From Spirochaetia bacterium (GTDB lineage Bacteria; Spirochaetota; Spirochaetia; SZUA-6; Bin103): 64,000 nucleotides of DNA. Under the pieces are notes generated by a model. The model ran no database searches, had not been told where the DNA came from, and saw only the letters and a list, made by a program, of their open reading frames with translations. A program made the position numbers and the translations under genes. Location: the NCBI GenBank assembly GCA_965203905.1, contig CBDBDQ010000005.1, forward strand, positions 6,528,001 to 6,592,000, read 5' to 3'. Below, piece by piece: positions 39,405 to 50,325 of the stretch (position 1 is the stretch's first letter; each line of letters begins with the position of its first letter).

Positions 39405-39638
39405 ATGTTGGTCGTGAACACTCATGAAGCCAAGACACGGCTGTCGGAGTTGCTGCGGCTGGTCGAGGAGCGCAACGAACGCATCCGGGTGTGTCGGAAC
39501 GGCAAGCCGGTTGCCGAGATCGGCCCGATCACGACAGCGGATCGCGATCCCCTGGTACCCAATCCACGGCTCTCCGGAGTCGTATTCCACGAGGATCCCG
39601 TCGCGCCGCTTGCCGACGACGATTGGCCGGACGCCTGA
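39405..39638 (+). CDS. Phd/YefM antitoxin
   Basis: VNTHEAKTRLSELL...RNGKPVAEI motif. Confidence 0.9.
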   Translation: MLVVNTHEAKTRLSELLRLVEERNERIRVCRNGKPVAEIGPITTADRDPLVPNPRLSGVVFHEDPVAPLADDDWPDA

Positions 39639-39640
39639 AC

Positions 39641-40027
39641 GTGCTGCTCGACACCTGCGCCCTGCTCTGGCTCGCGTCCACACCCCGACGCCTGCCGCCG
39701 AAAGTGCGCCGCGTGATCGCCAACAACGCCGGCAACCTGTTCATCTCCGCCATCACGGCGTTCGAGATCGGCATCAAGCACCGGCGTGGCGCCCTGGAGC
39801 TTCCGCTTGCCCCGGCTGACTGGATCGCCCAGGCACTCGATCATCATGGCGTCCAGGAGATCCCCGTCGACTGGCGAGTCGCGGAGCGTTCCACATCGCT
39901 GCCGCTGCTGCACAAGGACCCGGCGGACCGCATCATCATCGCTACTTCCCTCACCACCGGCTCCCCCATCCTCACTCCGGACGGAGAGATCGCGCAGTAC
40001 CCCGGTGTCAAAGTAATCTGGGACTGA
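39641..40027 (+). CDS. vapC: VapC PIN toxin
   Basis: LLDTCALLW, SAITAFEI and HKDPADRIIIA motifs; start may be CTG 39635 or GTG 39641. Confidence 0.88.
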   Translation: MLLDTCALLWLASTPRRLPPKVRRVIANNAGNLFISAITAFEIGIKHRRGALELPLAPADWIAQALDHHGVQEIPVDWRVAERSTSLPLLHKDPADRIIIATSLTTGSPILTPDGEIAQYPGVKVIWD

Positions 40028-40065
40028 CCCACGTGGACCGCCGTTTCAACCACGGGCGCTCCTCG

Positions 40066-40923
40066 TCAGGCCTTGATGCCGGTGAGCGTGATGCCTTCGA
40101 TGAAGTAGCGCTGGGCGAACAGAAACAGCACCAGCACCGGCGCGATCACCACCGTGGAGGCCGCCATCAGCAGGTGCCACTGCGAGGTGTACAGCCCGGT
40201 GAACTCCGCCAGCCCCAGGGCCAGGGTGAACTGGCGCGAATCGTTGAGGTAGATCAGCGGACCCAGGAAGTCGTTCCACTCGAACAGGGCCGAGAAGATG
40301 CCGACCGTGATCAGCGCCGGCCGGCTCAGTGGCACCACCACGTGGCGCAGCACTTGCAGGGGGTTGGCGCCGTCGATGATCGCCGCTTCGTCCAGCTCCC
40401 GCGGCAGCGTCAGGAAGAACTGCCGCAGCAGGAACACGTAGAAGATGGTGCCGCCGAACCAGTCGGGCAGCACCAGCGGCCAGTAGGTGTTGATCAGCCC
40501 GATCCGGGCCCACAGCAGGAAGGTCGGGATCAGGGTCACCGCGTAGGGCAGCATCAGGGCGCTCAACAACACCCCGAACACCCAGTCGCGGCCGGGCCAA
40601 TGCAGGCGGGAGAAGCCGAACGCGGCCAGCGACGCGGTGATCAGCGTGCCGATTACGGTGGGCACCAGGATGAACAGCGTATTGAAGAAGTAACGCACGA
40701 ACGGGATCGTGGTGAGCGCCTTGGGATAGTTGTCCCAGCGCCATGGATCGGGGATCCACTCGGGGGGAAAGATGAAGATCTGGCCCAGGCCCATGAACGA
40801 GCTGCGTACCAGCCACACCAGCGGAATCAGCATCACCGCGCTGCCGGTCAGCAGCAGGAGGTACGCGGACAGGGCACCCATCCGGGTGCGAGCCGTACGT
40901 CCGAGGGTGCGCGCGACGCTCAT
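40066..40923 (-). CDS. Carbohydrate ABC transporter permease (MalG-like)
   Basis: LPRELDEAAIIDGA EAA loop and WNDFL.PL. Confidence 0.92.
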   Translation of the reverse strand: MSVARTLGRTARTRMGALSAYLLLLTGSAVMLIPLVWLVRSSFMGLGQIFIFPPEWIPDPWRWDNYPKALTTIPFVRYFFNTLFILVPTVIGTLITASLAAFGFSRLHWPGRDWVFGVLLSALMLPYAVTLIPTFLLWARIGLINTYWPLVLPDWFGGTIFYVFLLRQFFLTLPRELDEAAIIDGANPLQVLRHVVVPLSRPALITVGIFSALFEWNDFLGPLIYLNDSRQFTLALGLAEFTGLYTSQWHLLMAASTVVIAPVLVLFLFAQRYFIEGITLTGIKA

Positions 40924-40925
40924 CG

Positions 40926-41849
40926 TCACCTGCCCGCGTAGTACACCCAGCGCGAGGAGCTGCGAAACAGCAGCACGCTCAGGCCGGCGATGATCAGGAA
41001 CAGCACCCAGGCCAGCGCCGAGGCGTAGCCCATCTGGCTCTGCTCGAACGCCTTGTTGTACAGGTAGAGCACGTAGAGCAGGCTCGCGTTGTCGGGGCCG
41101 CCCTCGGTCATGACGTAGGCCTGCACGAAGGTCTGCATGGTCCCGATGACGCTCAGGATCAGGTTGAACAGGATGGTGGGCGTGACCATCGGGATGGTGA
41201 CGTGCCGCATCTTGTGCCAGGGATTGCCGCCGTCGATCTCTACCGCCTCGTAGAATTGCCGGGGGACGCCCTGCAACCCGGCCAGGAAGATGATCATCAT
41301 CGGTCCGATGTCCCACATGCTCATCAGGATCAGCGCCGGGATGACGGTTCTGGTGCCGTAAATCCATTGCAGCCGCGGAACACCGAGCGGCACCAGGATG
41401 GCGTTGAGCAGGCCGATGTCGGGATTGAACAGCCAGATCCACAGCACGCTGCTGGCGATCAGCGGTACGATCGAGGGCAGATAGAAGATGGTACGGAAGA
41501 TCGGCAGGCCGCGGATCTTCTGGTTCAGCAGCACCGCCAGGGCGAACGCGGCCACCAGCCGCAGCGGGACGCTGCCGAGCGCGTAGTAGGCGGTTACCGC
41601 GAGCGACTTTCGGAACAGCCGGTCCCCGGTCAGGATGCGTTGGAAGTTGTCGAGCCCGATCCAGTTGGGGCTGGCGGCGATGCGCCAGTCGGTCAACGCG
41701 ATGAAGAGGCTGGCGACGATCGGCCCGAGTTGCCAGAACAGGAATCCGAGCACCGCCGGCGCGGCGCAAGCCATGCCCCAGAACACCTCGCGGCGCCGAT
41801 GGTGGCTGAGCCGTGCGGTCCTCGCGTGCGTTCGGTGCGTCGTTGCCAT
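40926..41849 (-). CDS. Carbohydrate ABC transporter permease (MalF-like)
   Basis: YEAVEIDGG EAA loop and MGYASA. Confidence 0.92.
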   Translation of the reverse strand: MATTHRTHARTARLSHHRRREVFWGMACAAPAVLGFLFWQLGPIVASLFIALTDWRIAASPNWIGLDNFQRILTGDRLFRKSLAVTAYYALGSVPLRLVAAFALAVLLNQKIRGLPIFRTIFYLPSIVPLIASSVLWIWLFNPDIGLLNAILVPLGVPRLQWIYGTRTVIPALILMSMWDIGPMMIIFLAGLQGVPRQFYEAVEIDGGNPWHKMRHVTIPMVTPTILFNLILSVIGTMQTFVQAYVMTEGGPDNASLLYVLYLYNKAFEQSQMGYASALAWVLFLIIAGLSVLLFRSSSRWVYYAGR

Positions 41850-41874
41850 TCAGGCCCCAAGCCGGCTCGGGCAG

Positions 41875-41958
41875 GCCGAGCCGGAGCGCTGTCCGGCTCG
41901 GCAGCGGTGCGGGCTCCCGGGGTAGCGGGCAACGGCGGGCGCCATCGCTACCCCGGGG
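41875..41958. promoter_or_regulatory. Two stem-loops between the SBP and permease genes
   Basis: GCCGAGCCGGA/TCCGGCTCGGC perfect inverted repeat at 41875-41902; a second imperfect CCCGGGGTAGCG/CGCTACCCCCGGG pair follows. Confidence 0.55.
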
Positions 41959-41967
41959 GTGAACGGC

Positions 41968-43356
41968 CTACCAGCGTCCCTGCATCAGCGGACCGCCGTC
42001 GCGCACCGCCTGGTCCATCGCCTCCTGGGCGGTCGCCTCACCCGCCCACAGCTTGGTCATGGCGGGGTTGATCGCCTCCGAGAAGATCTGGGACTGGTTC
42101 TTGAGCCAGTACGCCGGCGGCTGGCGCGGCGTGTTGTTCAGGGTGTAGTCGATCAGCACGCCGCGCGCCTCGGGCGGGTAGACGCCGGGGATGGCGTCGA
42201 GCCACTCGGCGGTCTTGGCCGGATCGGTGTAGTAATCGAGCTGCAGCGGCATCCACAGACCCTTGGCGTAGAGATCCACCTGTGCGGGATCGTTGTGGAA
42301 CTTGTAGAACTCGAACGCCTCCTCCGGGTGCTCGGTAGCGGCGAAGATGACCGAAGGTGAGCCCAGCAGGATGGTGACCGGTTCCTGGTGGTACGGCAGC
42401 ACCCCGATGCTCCAGTCGAACTCCAGCTGGCTGTAGTCGAGGATCGCCCAGTGACCGTTGACCCCCATTGCCACCTTGCCCGACTGCATCATGACCGCCT
42501 GCGAGGGCATCGCCTCTGACTGTGCCGGCGTCGGGGCCACGTGGTGCACGTAGATCATGTCCTGGAGCGCCTGCAGCGCCTCCACGGCCTCGGGCTCGTC
42601 GAGCATCAGCCGCGTGCCGTCGTCGCTGGCGAGCTGGCCGCCATTGCTGTAGATCATGGGCAGGTAGCCGCCCCACCAGGACGGGAACGAGACACCGAAG
42701 ATGTCGATGTTCTCGGGATCGAAGGCGTCGCTGTCGGCGTTGTTGCCGCTGCGGTCTACCGTGAGCTTCCTGGCCACGGCAAGGAACTCCTCCCAGGTCC
42801 ACGCCTCGGAAGCCTGCGACGGCGGATAGTCGAGCCCGGCCTCGTCGAACAGGCTCTTGTTGTAGTAGAGGATCATGGTCTCGGCGGCGGCATTGGTGCC
42901 GATCGTCTTGGTTCCGCCGTCGTAGTTGTAGTAGGTTGCCTCCAGGCGGTTGCTGGCCTCCGGATCCGCCTTGAAGTGCGGGGTCAGATCGGCGATCACG
43001 CCCTCCTGCGCCCAGGGAAACGCCAGGGTCTCGAACAGGTAGCCCACGTCCGGCGGCGTGCCGGCGGCCACCATGGTGGAGATCTTCTCCGCGTAGCCGT
43101 CGGGTATGTGCTGGCCGCGCACCTGAATGTTGGGGTGGCTGTCGTTGAACGCCTGCAGCATCTGTTCGACGGCCTCGCGCTCGAATGGCGACCCCCAGTA
43201 GGTAAAGGTAAGCTCCACGGGCTGCATCCCCTCGGCGGATGCTCCCTCCTCCGCACCGGTCGCCCACAGTGGCGCTCCCGCACACAGCAGTGCAATGACC
43301 GCCACCGTCAGGCTCCGCGCCAGCGGTTGCGTACCTCAAGTCCGATATTCAGCCAT
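41968..43356 (-). CDS. Sugar ABC transporter substrate-binding protein (in-frame TGA at codon 7 from the SD-led ATG; open from GTG 43305)
   Basis: AAGGAGG SD then ATG 43356; signal ending LWATGAEEG; LYYNK.LFDEAG and WTWEEF SBP family 1 motifs. Confidence 0.85.
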
Positions 43357-43578
43357 GTTGGCCTCCTTGTTGGCGTGCCGCACGCTGCAATTCACGCCGT
43401 TTGCATGGATTCGCCGGATGCGATCGCGGCCGACGCCGAAACCCCGACTCGCCGCCCATCGGCTCCATGACCATGTGAGACACCACGGGCCGGTGTCAAC
43501 GGCGGCAGCGGCAGGTCGGTGAATGCAGCGCCGCCGTGCTGGCACCGCGAGCCAACGGACAGCCCGTAGCCCCGTTCC

Positions 43579-44058
43579 CTATGACATCGTCGGCCCGCCA
43601 ACGGCGGACCGGTTGCCAGCACCTCGCGTCTCGGTCGGCGCCGACTCAACCACGAGTTCATGTCCGAGTGCGCGCAAGGCATCATCGATGCGGCTGACGG
43701 ACGTCCCGTGACGCGGGTCGAGCATACGTCGCACTACCTTCTCATCGACGCCGAGCAGGCGAGCGAGTGCCAAGCGGGAAAGGCCGCTGTCCCGAAACGC
43801 GAGGGCAAGAGCGGCCTTCGCAGCCGTTTCGGGTGGGACAGCGATGTGGTACTCCCCGGGACGTCGGGGGCTCGGCAGCGGTACGGGTTCGTGGTCGTCA
43901 AGGCGCCCGGCGACCGCTTCGTCCAGCGCGTCGGCCGCCTCGGCGAGTGCGTCCGCTTCGTCGACGCCACTAGTCAGACACTCCGGCAGATCCCGGAACG
44001 AAACGACAATCTCGTCAGCACCTGTGCGACGCAACTCGGCAGGATAAACGAAACGCAT
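43579..44058 (-). CDS. hicB: HicB antitoxin
   Basis: YPA...VSFRDLPEC.T.G...A.DAL RNase H-like fold plus C-terminal HTH. Confidence 0.9.
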   Translation of the reverse strand: MRFVYPAELRRTGADEIVVSFRDLPECLTSGVDEADALAEAADALDEAVAGRLDDHEPVPLPSPRRPGEYHIAVPPETAAKAALALAFRDSGLSRLALARLLGVDEKVVRRMLDPRHGTSVSRIDDALRALGHELVVESAPTETRGAGNRSAVGGPTMS

Positions 44059-44067
44059 CAATTCTCC

Positions 44068-44316
44068 CTAATCGTCCTGTTTCTTCCCCATCTTCCTGGG
44101 CTCAACGAGGTCACTCCGATTGAGGCCCAATTGGCGAACCATGGCGGAAAGGAGCCCGGCAGAAATCTCCTTCCGACGATCTTTGACCGTAGTCTTGCGC
44201 GACCCGTAGTACAAAGTGACATGACTGCCCTTGCCACGCTTGGAGTCGATACGAACAGAGACCCCGCGGATCCGCGCAACCTCAGAGACTCGTTCGATGA
44301 ACTCCCTCCCGGTCAC
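44068..44316 (-). CDS. hicA: HicA toxin
   Basis: GKGSH motif and KEISAGLLSAMVRQLGL. Confidence 0.88.
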   Translation of the reverse strand: MTGREFIERVSEVARIRGVSVRIDSKRGKGSHVTLYYGSRKTTVKDRRKEISAGLLSAMVRQLGLNRSDLVEPRKMGKKQDD

Positions 44317-44437
44317 GGTCCTATAGTCGGACGTTAGTGTCCGATAGATCAAGCCACCGTTCACGTGCGCATCGAGACCCGCGGCAGAGACCGCCTCGAC
44401 ACCGCGCGACTACGGCGTGAGAATCGCACGCCGTGCG

Positions 44438-45826
44438 TCAGGGCATCGGCGGCAGCGTGCTGCGCAGGGTCAGCACTTCGTCGCGCACGCCGGCGTACGC
44501 CAGCAGGTCGAGATGGAGGGCGTGCAGCCGTTGTGCCTGCTCGCGGGCGGAGCGCGCCAGGTCCCGCTCCTGCGCCGGGTCTTCACGCAGGTGGAACAAC
44601 TCGAAGGGGGCGCGGTTGCCGGGGTAGTGCAGGGTCCAGGTGCCGTCGGTGACGCTGGTGGTCTGACGGGCGATGCGCTCGGTCGGAGCGTCCAGGGCGG
44701 CAGTGGTCACCACCACCGGCCGCTCCGGCATCGCCTCGCCGCGCACCGCCGGCAGCAGGCTGGTGCCCTTCACCCCGGCGGGCAGCGGCAGCCCCGCCAG
44801 CTCCAGCAGCGTCGGCATCAGGTCCACCGACTGGGCCAGAAATCCTGAACGCCGGCCCGCCGCGGCTTTCCCGGCCGCGCCAGGGAGCCGGATCATCAGC
44901 GCTGCGTGACTCACCTCGTCGTAGTAGGGCCAGTCGAGCGGATCGTCGCCATTCAGGTTGCTCTTCCCGAAGCGGCCGTGGTCCCCGACGTTGAAGCCGT
45001 GGTCGGAGTGGAAGATCACCGCGGTGTCCTCGGGACAGCAGTAGTCGATCTTCTCCAGCAGTCGCCCCACCCAGGTGTCCACCAGCGTCACCTCGCCGGC
45101 GTAGAGGGCGCGGGCATGGCGGATCTCCGCCTCGGTGGCGCCGATTTCCTCGCAGCGGGCGTACGGCGGGTGATCGAGCAGCTCGCCGGTATACCCGGGA
45201 TCGTACAGGTCGACGTAGTGCTGCGGCGGATCCCACGGCTCGTGCGGGTCGAAGCAATCCACCCAGAGAAAGAACCTGTCGTGGGCGTGGTTGAGCTCGA
45301 TCCAGTCGGCGGCATCCTGGAAGGTGCGGGCGGCGAAGGTGTCGCGCTCGGTGTTCCAGTGGCGCTGTCGCCAGCGGTAGTGGTTGGCGCGCATCCGCTC
45401 CGGCCCGCGGATCTTCTCGGGCGCGCTCGGCAACTTCACCTACAGGGCATCGGTGATGGCACGGTCGCCCCCCTGGCCGCGGTTCCACTTCCACCCCGTG
45501 AGGCCGCGGTCGAAGCGGTGTCCGTCGGCCATCAGGTGCGGGGTGTCGGCGATCAGCATGCTGACGTAGCCCGCCGCGGTGAGCAGCTCGCCGACGATCG
45601 TCTCGTCCTCGGGCAGCGGCGTCCAACCCCGGTACGGATACACCCACTTGCCGGTGACCATGTCGGTGCGGTGCGGGATGGTGGGAAAGGAACCGGTGTA
45701 GACGCGCTCGAACACCACGCTCTGCGCCGCCAGCCGGTCCAGGTTGGGCGTGCGGATCCAGGGGTTGCCGCTCGCGCCGAGGTGGTCCCAGCGCAATGTG
45801 TCGCTGACGATGAGTACGATATTCAT
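44438..45826 (-). pseudogene. Sulfatase-like hydrolase with in-frame TAG
   Basis: ORFs 45440-45826 and 44438-45439 share a frame and are separated only by TAG. Motifs SDTLR.DH, TIPHR, FDPHEPW and SDHG. Confidence 0.85.
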
Positions 45827-45843
45827 GGGTATTCGCGCACAGT

Positions 45844-46614
45844 CTACACGCAGCCGTGGAACTCGCGCCCGCGGATGGAGAGGAACGGCAGCAGGTCGGG
45901 GCGTTCGCGCAGTTCCGGGAGGTACCAGGTGCGGGCGCGCATGTAGTGGGTGGCGTAGCCGCGGCGGCGGTAGGGACTGCGGTTGGCGCCGCTGCGGTGG
46001 TAGGTCAGGCTGTGGTGGAAGCTGACGCTGCCGGGACGCAGCTCGATGGGGACGGTGGGCCAGTCACCGTCAAGCAGCGACTCGACCCGTTCCCGCGCTG
46101 CATCCGGGATCATCCCCCAGCGGTGGCTGCCGGCAGCCATCCACAGGCAGCCGTTGGCGACGGTGGCCTCGTCGATCGCCGTCCAGGCGGTAAGCATGTC
46201 CATCGGGAACATGTTCAGCCACGCCTGCGAATCCTGGTGCCAGGCCTGCGCGCCGCCGTGGTGGGCCGGCTTCATGAAGAGCTGATCGTTGTAGAGCTTC
46301 AGGTCGTCGGTGCCAAGCAGATCTGCGATCACGTCGACCAGCCGGTCGCCGACGGCGTGCTCACGCAGCACCTCGTCGTGACGCGCGAGCTGGTACATCT
46401 TGCGCACCGCGGCGGTGCCGTGCTGCGTGCCGGCGCCGGCGGCCGGGAACGGCGCCTCCAGTTGTATATACTGCTGGTCGATGGAGACGCCCCGCCCCGA
46501 GGCGATCAGATCGGCGCGCTCGGCGAGGCGCACGATCGTCTCCGGTTCGACCAGATCCTCCACGATCAGGAAGCCGTCACGTCTGAAGGCGGCGAGCTGG
46601 CCTTCCGTGAGCAC
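45844..46614 (-). CDS. Phytanoyl-CoA dioxygenase (PhyH) family
   Basis: FRRDGF, WHQD, NGCL and H.SGANRS..RR motifs. Confidence 0.9.
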   Translation of the reverse strand: MLTEGQLAAFRRDGFLIVEDLVEPETIVRLAERADLIASGRGVSIDQQYIQLEAPFPAAGAGTQHGTAAVRKMYQLARHDEVLREHAVGDRLVDVIADLLGTDDLKLYNDQLFMKPAHHGGAQAWHQDSQAWLNMFPMDMLTAWTAIDEATVANGCLWMAAGSHRWGMIPDAARERVESLLDGDWPTVPIELRPGSVSFHHSLTYHRSGANRSPYRRRGYATHYMRARTWYLPELRERPDLLPFLSIRGREFHGCV

Positions 46615-46752
46615 ACGGAGGCGCCGTACCCGAGATGATCGATCCGTAGCGGACGCGCTGGCGTTGGCCGATTCCACTGCACCCGATTCTACCGCAACAG
46701 CCGGCCCGCTGCGCACCACGCTGGAGGTCGTGCCCGTTCCCGCCGGCAAAGG

Positions 46753-48003
46753 GTGCGATGGGCAGCGACGGCGGTCGTGCGCAGTCGCCGCCTGACTGCG
46801 CTGCCCGGCGCGTTCCGTTACCCGGCCTTCCGCCGGGTAACGGTAACCGGGGCGCTGATCGCGCTGGCCGTGTGGACGGAACGTCTCGCCGTCGGCTGGC
46901 TGATTCTGACCGAGACCGACTCGGTGTTCCTCACCGCCGCGTCGTTCGCCGCCCGGCAGGCGCCGGGCCTGGTCGCGGCCCCGTTGGCTGGCGCGATCAG
47001 CGATCGCATGCCGCGCAATCGGCTGCTCGGGATCGCGGCCGCCTATCGGGCGCTGCTGCTGGCGCTGCTGGCGATCTTCGCCCTGGCCGGCCTCGAACCG
47101 CTCTGGGTCGCGTTCGTCCTGATCGCGCTGGCAGGCGTTGGGCACTCGTTCGAGACCCCGTCCACGCAGGCGTTGGTGACCGATTCGGTACCACGTCGCG
47201 CCGCGATGAACGCGGTCGCGCTGCAGTCGGTCGGCGCCCGCGGAGTGGGAGCCCTGGGAGGGCTGATCGGCGGCGTGGTGATCGCCGGCTACGGCATCCC
47301 CAGCGCCCTGTTTGCCGGCGCGGTCGTCTCCCTGATCGCGGCGCTGGTGGTGGGCACGGCGCGCCCGGTAGCGGCGCGAAGGGTAGCGGCCGAACGGCGC
47401 GACACCTCGGTACTGAGAGACGTGACAGACGGATTGCGGGTGATGTTCTCGGTTCCGATGGTGCGGACGCTGCTGGCGTTGGCGGTGCTGGTGGAGATGT
47501 TCGGGTTCGCCTACCACTCGGTGCTGCCGGCCGTGGCGCGCGACCTGCTCCAGGTGGGCGAGGTGGGGCTCGGCCTGCTGAGCATGATGGCCGGTTTCGG
47601 CTCGCTGGCGGGGGTGATGGTGCTGACGGCGCTCGGCAACGTCCGTCGCAAGGGCCCGTTGCTGATCGGCATTACCCTCGGCTACGGCACGTTTCTGCTG
47701 GCGCTCGCGGCGTCAGGCGTGTTCCCCTTGGCGCTGGTCCTGGTCACGGGGGTGGGGGCGATGGCGGCGGCCTTCGACGCAATGCAATGGACCATGTTGC
47801 AGCAGCACGTGCCGGACGAGATGCGCGGCCGGGCGATCGGCGGGTGGGTGTTTGCGATCGGCTTCGGGTGGACAGGCTACCTGGCCCTCGGCGGCGCCGC
47901 GGAGACCTTCGGGGTGCAGCCCGCACTGGCCGCCACCGGGGCGCTGGTGATGCTTACCGCCCTCGTCGCCGCGGTGGTGGCCCCGAAGCTGCGCTCCGCG
48001 TAG
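46753..48003 (+). CDS. MFS transporter
   Basis: About 12 hydrophobic segments; GAISDRMPRNR and VPDEMRGR loop motifs; exact start uncertain. Confidence 0.88.
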   Translation: MRWAATAVVRSRRLTALPGAFRYPAFRRVTVTGALIALAVWTERLAVGWLILTETDSVFLTAASFAARQAPGLVAAPLAGAISDRMPRNRLLGIAAAYRALLLALLAIFALAGLEPLWVAFVLIALAGVGHSFETPSTQALVTDSVPRRAAMNAVALQSVGARGVGALGGLIGGVVIAGYGIPSALFAGAVVSLIAALVVGTARPVAARRVAAERRDTSVLRDVTDGLRVMFSVPMVRTLLALAVLVEMFGFAYHSVLPAVARDLLQVGEVGLGLLSMMAGFGSLAGVMVLTALGNVRRKGPLLIGITLGYGTFLLALAASGVFPLALVLVTGVGAMAAAFDAMQWTMLQQHVPDEMRGRAIGGWVFAIGFGWTGYLALGGAAETFGVQPALAATGALVMLTALVAAVVAPKLRSA

Positions 48004-48335
48004 CGGGCGGTGCGACGCGCGACCACGAGGCGCCCGCGAACTCGGCCCAGGAACAGCGCGAGACACCGGAACCGCAGGACCGAACCGCCCACCCGAACCA
48101 CGAGCCACCATTGCAGAGGAGGGGTGCGTTGACAACCAACGGAATACACCCTAGGCTTACCCTCTTGACTGTCCCACGAACCGGGAACCCCGCCGGTTGC
48201 TACAGGCTGGCGACCAGGTATTGCGAGCACCTTGGTATATCCAGATGTGAACGGACCGCCCGGGAGGGAGGACGAAGGTGATGTTTTGATAATTGCAGAG
48301 TAGTATTGGACTCAATCATTCCGTAGGAGGATAGA

Positions 48336-50306
48336 ATGAAAACGATATTGATCGCTTTGTTGATCTCACTGATGTGTTTCCCAGGTCTTCTTTTCGCTTC
48401 CGGGGAACAGGAAGCCTCGAAGGAAGAGGAAGCCGCGGTTATACAAGGTGAAGCGCCGATGCTGCGAGAACTGGTGTTGGCAGGAACGTTGCCCCCGCTA
48501 GAAGAGCGCCTTCCCTTAGATCCTTTGGTATTAGAGCCAGTTGATGGCAACCAAATCGGCCGCTACGGTGGCACCATTCGCTTGGCCGACCAACGCTCTC
48601 ACCGCTCGGTGAATGCCAGTGGCATCAAGAATTGGGCCCGCCCGTTTGTCCTTGGCCCTGACATGCAAACCTTCGTCCCTAACGTGGCGAAAGACTTTGA
48701 GTTCTCCGAAGACTGGACCAGCGTCACCCTCACCCTTCGTGAGGGCATGAAGTGGTCGGACGGCGCGCCTCTTACCGCCGATGACTTCATGTTCTGGTAC
48801 GATGACATGTATATGAACGAGGAACTCTACCCCAACCCCTTAGCCAACAAGCTGTGGAGTCCCGGCGGTAAACCCGTCGAAGTTGAGAAGCTGGATGACT
48901 ACACCGTGAAGTTCACTTTTGCCCAGACCTATCCCGTTATGCCTTACGTCTTCCAAATCGGATCGCCCTTATTCCACTACTTCTACTGGCCCAAGCATTA
49001 CTTGAGCCAGTTCCACCCGAACCATACCCCGCGTGAAAAGGTCGAGGCGATGGCTGAAGAGGCGGGCTACGACAACTGGGTATTGTTCTTCAAGTCCAAG
49101 ATTCCCTCACGCCCGTACAACTTTAGCGAAACTTACATTGGCATCCCCACCGTCGAAGCCTATGAGATGACGGCATTCGGCAACAACGTGGGACTCTTCG
49201 AGCGTAACCCTTACTACTGGAAGGTGGACGCTGAGCGCAACCAGCTCCCCTATATTGACCGCATGCAGGTCAGCCACGTTGGTAGCAAAGAGGTGCTGCT
49301 CTTGAAACTCGCCAACGGTGAGCTCGACTATGAGCGCTACAACCTCGACATGGTAGATTTTCCTTACCTGATTGAAAACCAGGAGCAGGGTGGGTATTCG
49401 GTCTACAAAAACTGGGTGAGCCCGTTTGCCCCGCTGCATAATTACCGCTTCAATCAAACGACCAAAGATCCCGTCCTGCGCGAGATTTTTCGCGACGTCC
49501 GCTTCCGCCGCGCCATGTCGTTAGCCATTAACCGTGATGAGATAAACGAACTGCTTTTCTTCGGAACAGGGACGCCCATGCAATCCACGGTGAATAATCG
49601 CAATTCACGTTTGTGGCGCGATGAGTACGCCTTCGCGGACGTTGAGTACAAGCCTGACGAGGCTAACCGCCTTCTCGATGAGATGGGGCTCGCGTGGGAT
49701 GAAGACCGCAAATGGCGGCTGCGTCCCGACGGCAAAAGACTGTCCTTTGTCAATGTCTGGCCTGAAGGACGCACCTATTTGACGGATGCCACAGAGTTGG
49801 TGACAGAGTACTGGGCTGCGGTGGGTGTGGAAATGATCCAGCGCCCGATGGATGTCGCTATCTATCCCCAGTTGATACAAAACAACGATTACGACCTGTT
49901 AAGCTTTCCGGCAGAGAACTTCGAATCTCTACTTATTGTCACACCGCGCATCTACGTGCCGTGTTGCCATTGGTTGACCGCTTGGGGACAACTCTGGTTC
50001 AATTGGTATGAGTCGGGCGGCGAGACGGGCGAGGAACCCCCTGCGGAGGTGAAAGTCCTCTACGATCACTTGGAGACGCTGCAGACGAGCCCCGATGATG
50101 CTGCTAGAGAAAGAGCCATGCACTCCCTCCTCAGAGCTCATGCCGAGAACCTCTGGACCATTGGCACCGTCGGTCTTTTCCCGCAACTGGTGGCGGCCAA
50201 CAAGAACATCGGCAACATGCCAGACATCGGCATTACAGCCCACTGGATGACCCGTCACGACAGTGTGGCGAATCCTGAAATCTGGTTCTTCAAAGAAGGC
50301 AACTAA
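48336..50306 (+). CDS. ABC transporter substrate-binding protein, family 5
   Basis: LFASGEQE signal; EAPML...LPPLEERLP, LREGMKWSDG and NQLPYID motifs; lower GC. Confidence 0.92.
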   Translation: MKTILIALLISLMCFPGLLFASGEQEASKEEEAAVIQGEAPMLRELVLAGTLPPLEERLPLDPLVLEPVDGNQIGRYGGTIRLADQRSHRSVNASGIKNWARPFVLGPDMQTFVPNVAKDFEFSEDWTSVTLTLREGMKWSDGAPLTADDFMFWYDDMYMNEELYPNPLANKLWSPGGKPVEVEKLDDYTVKFTFAQTYPVMPYVFQIGSPLFHYFYWPKHYLSQFHPNHTPREKVEAMAEEAGYDNWVLFFKSKIPSRPYNFSETYIGIPTVEAYEMTAFGNNVGLFERNPYYWKVDAERNQLPYIDRMQVSHVGSKEVLLLKLANGELDYERYNLDMVDFPYLIENQEQGGYSVYKNWVSPFAPLHNYRFNQTTKDPVLREIFRDVRFRRAMSLAINRDEINELLFFGTGTPMQSTVNNRNSRLWRDEYAFADVEYKPDEANRLLDEMGLAWDEDRKWRLRPDGKRLSFVNVWPEGRTYLTDATELVTEYWAAVGVEMIQRPMDVAIYPQLIQNNDYDLLSFPAENFESLLIVTPRIYVPCCHWLTAWGQLWFNWYESGGETGEEPPAEVKVLYDHLETLQTSPDDAARERAMHSLLRAHAENLWTIGTVGLFPQLVAANKNIGNMPDIGITAHWMTRHDSVANPEIWFFKEGN

Positions 50307-50325
50307 GGCCACCGCGAAATTGTAG

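Noticed and set aside
43336-43338. Selenocysteine at the SBP opal codon
   Set aside because: The position lies in a signal-peptide n-region with no catalytic Cys context, and no convincing SECIS hairpin was seen.
29108-45442. Stop-codon recoding suggested by in-frame TAG (29108, 45440) and TGA (43336)
   Set aside because: TAG and TGA terminate many intact genes here, and the 29108 TAG is CAG in the intact paralog within an otherwise broken gene. Ordinary nonsense mutations explain them.
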